Translations under genes and position numbers: made by a program
Shown here: positions 40,523 to 47,038 of the stretch, one piece after another
Layout: each line of letters starts with the position of its first letter
Position numbering within the stretch: position 1 is the stretch's first letter
Sequence record: MZ501058
Direction: 5' to 3' (one strand)
Origin: Escherichia phage DaisyDussoix
Length of the DNA: 64,000 nucleotides
The notes under the pieces: model-generated
Database searches by the model: none
Told to the model about the DNA's origin: nothing
Seen by the model: the letters and a program-made list of their open reading frames with translations, nothing else

Positions 40523-41290
40523 TTATTCAGCAGCCGCAGCTTTTGCATCCAGTTTAGCACGCTTAGCGGCACCATCATAGTCCTTAGCAACCAGACCACG
40601 ACGAGACAGCATAGATTTAACACCGCGCTCAGACTTACCAGTTTTCTCAGCGATCTCAGCAACAGTCATGTTAACCAGATCCAGCCCTTCTAACAGATCT
40701 TCACGAGTTTTAGCACTTGAAGTTTCCTGTACCGGCATAGCGGCGATACGACCTTCACGAAGCAGGCTCAGAGCTTTACCACGGATCTGCTTGATATTAC
40801 GACCGAAGTGAGCAGCGATAGCTTCAATAGTAGCCCCAGCAACAACCTGATTAACAAAATCAGTTTCTTCATCAGGAGTGAAGGAACGAACAGCGGCAGT
40901 TTTTTCAGTTGGTTTAACAGAAGCGGTCATTTCCAGACTCAGGATCTTACCCTGTACCTGTTTAGCACCGAACTGACCACCAGCCACAGCAGCAGCGATT
41001 TCAGCATAGGTATACTGACCAGCATGAGCGTTCAGGAAATCAACCAGTTCAGCTTCCTGCTCAGGAGTCCACGGGGATTTCTGTACTTCGTTAGCTTTCT
41101 GTACTTCAAAACCTTCTTTACGCAGTTTAGAGCCAACAGAGCGAGCAGTAACATCTTTGCCAGTTTCAGCAGCCAGTTCAGTAGCAATAGCAGCTACTTG
41201 TTCTTGAGAGATTACAGCAACACCCAGAGCAGTGGCTTTTGCTTTCAGAGACTCGGTTACACCTTCTACGTTCCAGTTCAGTTTAGACAT
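40523..41290 (-). CDS. hypothetical protein with repeated HTH-like modules (putative DNA-binding)
   Basis: 255 aa; three internal repeats of a ~25-aa basic motif (VGSKLRKEG / GKALSLLREG / GVKSMLSRRG). Confidence 0.35.
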   Translation of the reverse strand: MSKLNWNVEGVTESLKAKATALGVAVISQEQVAAIATELAAETGKDVTARSVGSKLRKEGFEVQKANEVQKSPWTPEQEAELVDFLNAHAGQYTYAEIAAAVAGGQFGAKQVQGKILSLEMTASVKPTEKTAAVRSFTPDEETDFVNQVVAGATIEAIAAHFGRNIKQIRGKALSLLREGRIAAMPVQETSSAKTREDLLEGLDLVNMTVAEIAEKTGKSERGVKSMLSRRGLVAKDYDGAAKRAKLDAKAAAAE

Positions 41291-42053
41291 TATTATTTTT
41301 CTCCAATAGTTCTTTAATCGACAGGATTTCTATCCCATTCGTTTCGGCTTTCTTATAAGATGAGGAAGAACGTTTTGATTCATCCTCACAGATCAGGTAT
41401 TTGACGTCTTTGGTAACGGATTTCTTAACCGTATATCCTAGACCTTCTAAATAGTTTGTTGCATCCGTTCTATTTGCAAAATCTTGCAAAGATCCGGTAA
41501 TACATACCGCGATTTTATTTGGCTGGGCAACTAAATCATCAGTAACGACGGTTTTAGCTTTCGCACCTTTTGAAAATTTCCACGGTAATTCGATAACATC
41601 CTTGCCTTGTGGGGAATTTAGCCAGGCTTTATAATTTTCTCCAGCCTTGCCGTCAGCCTTCACATCATGGAAGCTAGTGCAATTTTGGGATAATTTCTTT
41701 GCTGCAACCTCTCCGATTAGAGGGATTCCTAAAGAACCGAGAACTGAACCAAAGTCAATGTCTCCGCGAACTTTAGTATTTAATTCGCTAATTAACTTAG
41801 CGGCAACCTTGCTACCCACGGCTCTAACCAAATCTTCTTCGGTTAGGTAAAATAGTTCTGAAATCTTCGTCAGCTCCAGCTTCTCAATAGTTTTTGGGCC
41901 AAAGCCCTTTAACTTCATTTTTGTACAGAAGTTCTCAATTAACTTACTTGATTGCGCTGGACAGTTGGACTTATTCCGACAGAATAATTGTCCGTTGACA
42001 AGATCTAGCTTAGAACCACAAGAGGGACATTGTGTTGGAATTTCGATTTTCAT
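41283..42053 (-). CDS. ligB: NAD-dependent DNA ligase, C-terminal part (Zn finger, HhH, BRCT)
   Basis: Start set to ATG 42053 with AAGGAAG SD; CPSCGSKL...CRNKSNCPAQ zinc finger, HhH GFGPKTIEKL, BRCT-like C-terminus. Confidence 0.85.
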   Translation of the reverse strand: MKIEIPTQCPSCGSKLDLVNGQLFCRNKSNCPAQSSKLIENFCTKMKLKGFGPKTIEKLELTKISELFYLTEEDLVRAVGSKVAAKLISELNTKVRGDIDFGSVLGSLGIPLIGEVAAKKLSQNCTSFHDVKADGKAGENYKAWLNSPQGKDVIELPWKFSKGAKAKTVVTDDLVAQPNKIAVCITGSLQDFANRTDATNYLEGLGYTVKKSVTKDVKYLICEDESKRSSSSYKKAETNGIEILSIKELLEKNNNV

Positions 42054-42083
42054 CAAATTTCTTCCTTATCAATTTATATAAAT

Positions 42084-42112
42084 ATTATAGCAAGTATTTA
42101 AGCATTTAGCAA
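42084..42112 (-). promoter_or_regulatory. sigma70-like promoter inside the ligA-ligB spacer
   Basis: TTGCTA -35, 17-nt spacer, TATAAT -10; second weaker candidate TTGACA/TATACT at ~42177-42205. Confidence 0.6.
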
Positions 42113-42257
42113 CTACAATTTTAACTAACTTTGCTTACCCTCGCCATAACTTTCTATCCCTCAACTGAATGATAATAGTATATACCTAAGCGGCGAAAAT
42201 GTCAATAACCACTTTATAATTCCGATATGGTAGATGGGTAGCAAAGGGTTACATATA

Positions 42258-43229
42258 TTAATCGTATACTCGCTCTACTATGCACGGGATTACACCACCA
42301 GCACGAATTACTCGAATCTGGCAACCGATCTCTAGATCAAGAGAGTTAATATAATCAACGTTATTAAGAGTCGCCTTAACAATTGTAGCATCATCAATAA
42401 TTACCGGTTCGAAATAACCAACTGGAGTTACTTTACCAGAAGCCCCTACCTGCCATTCAACTTTAGTAAGAGTTGTAATTTCGCCTTCTTCATCCTCTTT
42501 AATAGCGAATGCTCCACGAGGAAATTTATTAGTCCAGCCTTCACGGAAGAATTTGTTGTTGTCATTAATACGAACAACTTTACCGTCCGTCGGAATCCAT
42601 TTAAAGAAGGAACACACATTAACAACTGTTAAGAAGTTCTCATTCTCTAGCCAAAGCATATCTTTTAAATACGTTTCTGTAATACCTACAGATTCAGCAG
42701 AACACTGGACACCATATGCAACGAAGATTAAACCACCTTCCCCGATACGTTGTACGAAATCATCGCTATCTTTGAGGTTAATAGCACCAGAGGCAAAGTT
42801 ACGTTTATTTTCTACTTCTTTTGTAATTAGAACTTCGCCAGTGATTTGAGTAGGTACTTTTTGGGAAATCTTTTTAGGAATGTTCAGCAATCTTACGTTG
42901 CTTGTGACATCATTCCCTAGAATACCATTACCACGAGTTAGTGCTTGAACAAATTCGCCATTAATATATAACAGAGAAATCGCACAACCATCTAACTTAT
43001 CAGTTTCTACCTGACCTAATGGGTTAAACGGAGGTTTATCTCCACGATTATAATAAACTTTCTGTAAAGAATACATACGATACAGATGTGGAATATCACC
43101 CTTAGGCCCGATCTCTTCTTCTAATGGAAATCTTTTAATCAGACGATCATATTCTTCGTCAGAGATTAAAGACATTCCCTGGTAATATGCCTCTTGACAA
43201 CGTTTAATAAAGTCTTTTACATTATTCAT
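42258..43229 (-). CDS. ligA: NAD-dependent DNA ligase, N-terminal part (adenylation + OB domains)
   Basis: 323 aa; KLDG adenylation motif (ETDKLDGCA), TRGNGILGNDVT; ATG start overlaps upstream ORF. Confidence 0.85.
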   Translation of the reverse strand: MNNVKDFIKRCQEAYYQGMSLISDEEYDRLIKRFPLEEEIGPKGDIPHLYRMYSLQKVYYNRGDKPPFNPLGQVETDKLDGCAISLLYINGEFVQALTRGNGILGNDVTSNVRLLNIPKKISQKVPTQITGEVLITKEVENKRNFASGAINLKDSDDFVQRIGEGGLIFVAYGVQCSAESVGITETYLKDMLWLENENFLTVVNVCSFFKWIPTDGKVVRINDNNKFFREGWTNKFPRGAFAIKEDEEGEITTLTKVEWQVGASGKVTPVGYFEPVIIDDATIVKATLNNVDYINSLDLEIGCQIRVIRAGGVIPCIVERVYD

Positions 43230-43416
43230 CGTCTGCGATTTCCATTTTGAGTTCTTTATTATACTGAGCAGCCATACCAGCTAAATCAGCAGCTTCTTTC
43301 AACCACGCATCTTTGTACGCTTTCTGGTTTGGAGTGCCGATACTATCCTGGTAATTGATTCTTGCTATGGAGAGCAAATTAAGTTTTGCTTGAATTTTTG
43401 GAAGTGTTACTTTCAT
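43222..43416 (-). CDS. hypothetical protein
   Basis: Start set to ATG 43416 with AGGAGG SD 7 nt upstream; 64 aa. Confidence 0.4.
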   Translation of the reverse strand: MKVTLPKIQAKLNLLSIARINYQDSIGTPNQKAYKDAWLKEAADLAGMAAQYNKELKMEIADDE

Positions 43417-43445
43417 AATTGATCCTCCTATCAATTTATATAAAT

Positions 43446-43474
43446 ATTATATAACAAAACTGAGTTGAAAGCAA
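43446..43474 (-). promoter_or_regulatory. sigma70-like early promoter
   Basis: TTGCTT -35, 17-nt spacer, TATAAT -10. Confidence 0.55.
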
Positions 43475-43501
43475 ATACATTTATAAAGAAAAAGCCAAGA
43501 A

Positions 43502-43810
43502 CTAGGCATTCTTGGCTTTGAGTTCTTCAGCTCGTTTCTGTACTTCATGTAAAACCTCAGATTCGCTAAGAATCTGTGTAAACGCATAGAAAAGCTGTGA
43601 TGTTGTTTCTAGGGTGTAAGGAAAAGAGAAGCCAGATTTCGTTGGAAACCATTCATCATTAATATCAAGAAGCCAGTAACGAATACCCATGTATAGATTC
43701 CCACGAAATTCAGATACTGTTAATCTTACTTGTTCTCCCTCCTTCTCCCAAAGTATGATGGACTGGTCATCAACGTGTCCTTCATAGTTTTGATTTACCT
43801 GTTCGCTCAT
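43502..43810 (-). CDS. putative PC4/YdbC-like ssDNA-binding protein
   Basis: 102 aa; core QVRLTVSEFRGNLYMGIRYWL...PTKSGFSF resembles PC4-like fold signature; motif-level only. Confidence 0.45.
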   Translation of the reverse strand: MSEQVNQNYEGHVDDQSIILWEKEGEQVRLTVSEFRGNLYMGIRYWLLDINDEWFPTKSGFSFPYTLETTSQLFYAFTQILSESEVLHEVQKRAEELKAKNA

Positions 43811-43860
43811 TTACATATCCCAAATACACAAAAAGCCCCATATAGGGGCTAATTGGTTTC

Positions 43861-44157
43861 TTATCGGCCTACTGGAGAAGCACGATCTAACTCTGATTGG
43901 AGGCTAGTCACACGACGGACTTTCTCGACAGGAATAAAACGGAAGCTATCATTAGTACGAGAGAAGACAAGGATCTCATCATCTTTCGCTTTACGAATAC
44001 GTTCACGTTTAATACGCTCAGCCAGATATTTATCTTGGGCTGGATCAAATTCCATCGTACCCTGAAGGTACGTGGTTCCTTTCTGACGAAGTTTCTCGTA
44101 ATGAAGATAAAACTCACCAAATTTTTCACATTGTGCGATAATTTCAGCTTTGGTCAT
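43861..44157 (-). CDS. hypothetical protein
   Basis: 98-aa ORF chosen over three overlapping ORFs because of strand context; hairpin plus U-run terminator just downstream. Confidence 0.4.
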   Translation of the reverse strand: MTKAEIIAQCEKFGEFYLHYEKLRQKGTTYLQGTMEFDPAQDKYLAERIKRERIRKAKDDEILVFSRTNDSFRFIPVEKVRRVTSLQSELDRASPVGR

Positions 44158-44193
44158 AACTGTGTTCCTTTTGTTGGTGGATTTATCTAAAAA

Positions 44194-44604
44194 TTACTTA
44201 GTGATAGCTCGGATTGCTTCTGCTAGATGAGCAGCCGCTTTACCGGTCAGTTTGTCGATAATTGCATCATCCAGAAAATCTGGTGCTAGGCCAGCATCAG
44301 AGAATGCTGAACGAAGATCGGCATGAGCTTGGGCTTTGGAAGTACGAGAACCACCAGAAGCTTTTTCTCCAGTAGATGCGCTAGATTTAGAAGCAGAGCC
44401 AGCAGCTTTCTTGATATACACACCTGCTTTAGTTAGCTTCATACGAAAACCGTTCGGAGTTACACCATTTTCCTGAGCAATCTCGCTAACAATTTCCATG
44501 CTAACACCCGGACGTTCATCCTCTGGGAATTGCTCCATACGAGCAACGTATTCGGAAGACATTTTTTCGAACAGTTCATCAGTCCACTGAGTTGGAGTAG
44601 TCAT
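44194..44604 (-). CDS. hypothetical protein with HTH-like motif
   Basis: 136 aa; motif VTPNGFRMKLTKAGVYIKKA resembles the repeat in ORF 40523-41290; promoter at ~44650-44685. Confidence 0.4.
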   Translation of the reverse strand: MTTPTQWTDELFEKMSSEYVARMEQFPEDERPGVSMEIVSEIAQENGVTPNGFRMKLTKAGVYIKKAAGSASKSSASTGEKASGGSRTSKAQAHADLRSAFSDAGLAPDFLDDAIIDKLTGKAAAHLAEAIRAITK

Positions 44605-44710
44605 ATTTTATATTTCCTTAATTAAGAATTAAACAGAATAGTTCTTTCAAACTATGAGAATATTATATCAAGAATTATAGGATTAAGCAACTGAAATTTT
44701 TCGGTAATTG

Positions 44711-44971
44711 CTACACATCTAGCTCAACAATCTCCCAATCATCCGCTAGAGCTTCATCTAGAGTTAATTCAACCTCTTCATCACTAGGCAGCAGTGTAGT
44801 GTCTGGAGGCATCCACACGTATTGGCGTACAGTATTGCTGTCTACGTCAAACTTCAATAGTACAGTATACTCTTTATTATTTTCCCAGCTATCCCGTTGG
44901 AGATATTTTACATCTCCATCTTTAAGTAAATCAGTTAGCTTACTCACGGCGTTTTCCTTTTTCTTTATCAA
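44711..44971 (-). CDS. hypothetical protein
   Basis: 86-aa acidic ORF overlapping upstream gene end. Confidence 0.35.
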   Translation of the reverse strand: MIKKKENAVSKLTDLLKDGDVKYLQRDSWENNKEYTVLLKFDVDSNTVRQYVWMPPDTTLLPSDEEVELTLDEALADDWEIVELDV

Positions 44972-45644
44972 GTTTTAGAGCAGCCTTAACAGCTTCGTTA
45001 ATCAACGTAATAATTTCTTCACGAGTCCATTTATATCCCAGAGATTTTACATCAACCCCTAGCTTTTCCAGATGTTTAACAGAAGCCAGCTCGTAATTCA
45101 TATAGTGGACGTTCTGTTGTTTGCCTTCTGATAGAAGCCATACACGGTAACAACCAACAGGATTATCCATTGCTTTTTTGATTTCACCAATACACTGGTA
45201 TCCAGGAACCCAAACAAGCTCACCAACTGCAAATTCTTCTGCTACAGCATCATCAGGAATAATCGGAGGATTCAATGGGTCTACAATATCATTCAAACGA
45301 AGTAGAGCACCATATCGTTCCAGAACAGATTTAACCATTGCTACAGAACGGTAATTACGATCGGCAATTTCTTCAAAAGAATCACCAGATAAATACTGCT
45401 CAATAACGTTAGCTAACTCAATGCCTTCAATGAGTGTGCCACGTTTCTTTTTCTTCATCTCGGCAACTTGAATTTGGCGATCTTGCCACTCTTCTATCAT
45501 CCTTTCCATAGTTGGGTTGGATGATACGCCAAGCATTTCACATGCTGCTTTCTTAGTACCACCGTTCTCCAGATGCTCTATAACCTTTTTAAAGACTTCA
45601 TCAGGGATTTCATGGATATGTTTCTTTCTACGAGAACCGGCCAT
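44940..45644 (-). CDS. hypothetical early protein (putative DNA-binding), first gene downstream of N25-like promoter
   Basis: 234 aa; ATG start with GAGGAG SD; N-terminal HTH-like region. Confidence 0.5.
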   Translation of the reverse strand: MAGSRRKKHIHEIPDEVFKKVIEHLENGGTKKAACEMLGVSSNPTMERMIEEWQDRQIQVAEMKKKKRGTLIEGIELANVIEQYLSGDSFEEIADRNYRSVAMVKSVLERYGALLRLNDIVDPLNPPIIPDDAVAEEFAVGELVWVPGYQCIGEIKKAMDNPVGCYRVWLLSEGKQQNVHYMNYELASVKHLEKLGVDVKSLGYKWTREEIITLINEAVKAALKLDKEKGKRRE

Positions 45645-45675
45645 ATTTAAACTCCTCTCTCAAATTTATGAATCT

Positions 45676-45704
45676 ATTATACAGAAAACTTTTCCTGAAA
45701 GCAA
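45676..45704 (-). promoter_or_regulatory. strong sigma70 early promoter resembling T5 PN25
   Basis: TTGCTT -35, 17-nt spacer, TATAAT -10, A/T-rich upstream, downstream AGATTCATAAATTTGAGAGAGGAG; matches PN25 as recalled. Confidence 0.7.
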
Positions 45705-45710
45705 ATAAAT

Positions 45711-45923
45711 TTATAAATAAGCTGCTTTCAGCTTGTTATATCTATAAAGAATAGCTGGGGCGCTTTTAAATCCAAGCACTCTAGCAGTTTTTCTCCAAGA
45801 ATTGGTTTTCTGGTATGTAGATTCTATTAATTCTAAGGTTAGGGTATCGCTGGAGGGAACAGCCACAATGTATTTAAGCATAGCCTTACGCCTATAGAAT
45901 GCAGCTGCTTTAGTTATGCCCAT
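45711..45923 (-). CDS. small HTH-like ORF, possibly detached C-terminal DNA-binding part of an HNH endonuclease
   Basis: 70 aa; begins 5 nt after the stop of ORF 45929-46291 in a different frame. Confidence 0.3.
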   Translation of the reverse strand: MGITKAAAFYRRKAMLKYIVAVPSSDTLTLELIESTYQKTNSWRKTARVLGFKSAPAILYRYNKLKAAYL

Positions 45924-45928
45924 ACTTT

Positions 45929-46291
45929 CTAATTTCTTAATTTCTTAATTTCTACTAGGAAATCTGGATGTTCTCTCCAATTTTTATTATGAAATTTTAT
46001 TGCATTAGCTCTGTAGGTTAATACCTGCAAGTTAGATAGTCTAGGATCTAACTTATCATCATTTATATGGTCTACTACCAATTCTGATTCTAACCCAGGA
46101 AGTAGCCCAAAACAATAAGCTACTAACCTATGCACCCTCACATTTATAGGGAGGCCGTCCTTCATTAAATTAACTTGTAAGTACCCAGCAGTATTTTGAC
46201 CTGGAGTAAGAAACTTGTAGGAGAGAAAAGAGTACACCTCTCCATTTTCATTCACTGCATAGTCAGGAAATTCGGGAATTCTTATAAACAT
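45929..46291 (-). CDS. HNH endonuclease (HNH_3 type)
   Basis: 120 aa; VDHINDDKLDPRLSNLQVLT motif. Confidence 0.6.
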   Translation of the reverse strand: MFIRIPEFPDYAVNENGEVYSFLSYKFLTPGQNTAGYLQVNLMKDGLPINVRVHRLVAYCFGLLPGLESELVVDHINDDKLDPRLSNLQVLTYRANAIKFHNKNWREHPDFLVEIKKLRN

Positions 46292-46632
46292 TATTGTTCC
46301 TTGAGCGAAGAAGAAAGTTCAGCATATACTTTATCTAACTCAAACCCTATGCGAAGGGATACGTTAGTCCTCCGTTGTTTAAGTAACCACTCGGATATGT
46401 TAGGGATGCCAGCTAATCTGTGCGGTACCACCCTACACAGCTTTTCCGAAGTATCATAAACAGGAACTTTACGTTCTTTTACTGGAAACTTCCTTGTTTC
46501 CCATTTTTTATTCTTCACTGTCATATCTCTCCGAGGGATTAAATTCACCAAACAGCTCTTTAACTCCCCTAAGGTATAGCTGATGGGCTTCTTCCGGGGT
46601 ATCTCGTCTACCAAAAATATGCTGCTTCCCAT
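46291..46632 (-). CDS. hypothetical protein (start uncertain)
   Basis: 113-aa ORF; 5' part overlaps HNH-AP2 gene in another frame, so true start is probably an internal Met. Confidence 0.25.
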   Translation of the reverse strand: MGSSIFLVDEIPRKKPISYTLGELKSCLVNLIPRRDMTVKNKKWETRKFPVKERKVPVYDTSEKLCRVVPHRLAGIPNISEWLLKQRRTNVSLRIGFELDKVYAELSSSLKEQ

Positions 46633-47038
46633 CGCAGTAAGCGTAGGCCATATACCTATTACCTCGTTTTACAACTCCAGTGAATCCGGTAGAATTAGTA
46701 GAACACTTCTTATTCTTTCCATTTTCGGAATAGGTAGCCTTACGTAAATTATCCCACAAGTTGTTTAAACTATCACCGTCTTTATGGTCGATAGTTTTAT
46801 CTCCAGGATCTTCGCCTGTCTTTATAAACCAGATTATTCTATGGGCTAAGTAAGCTGTCCGCTCCCCATTTATCGTAAACTCTAGCTGTCTCCCAGTTTT
46901 CATTTTGGAGCCCGCTACCTTTCCCTTCCTTGGGCCAGATAACCAAATTAAGTCCCCAGTACTTTCGTCATACCTAAGCTTTTCTAGGATAAATGCCATA
47001 GGAGGCATTGGTTTATGCGTCTTCATTAGTTGCTCCAA
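46508..47038 (-). CDS. HNH homing endonuclease with AP2-like domain
   Basis: 176 aa; IDHKDGDSLNNLWDNLR (HNH_3) plus TGFTGVVKRGNRYMAYAYCDGKQHIFG (AP2-like). Confidence 0.75.
   Translation of the reverse strand: MEQLMKTHKPMPPMAFILEKLRYDESTGDLIWLSGPRKGKVAGSKMKTGRQLEFTINGERTAYLAHRIIWFIKTGEDPGDKTIDHKDGDSLNNLWDNLRKATYSENGKNKKCSTNSTGFTGVVKRGNRYMAYAYCDGKQHIFGRRDTPEEAHQLYLRGVKELFGEFNPSERYDSEE

Noticed and set aside
43853-44190. Three alternative overlapping ORFs (43853-44065 +, 43897-44190 +, 43908-44129 -)
   Set aside because: All overlap the minus-strand ORF 43861-44157, which fits the strand context, has an SD-like sequence and is followed by a terminator; at most one can be real.
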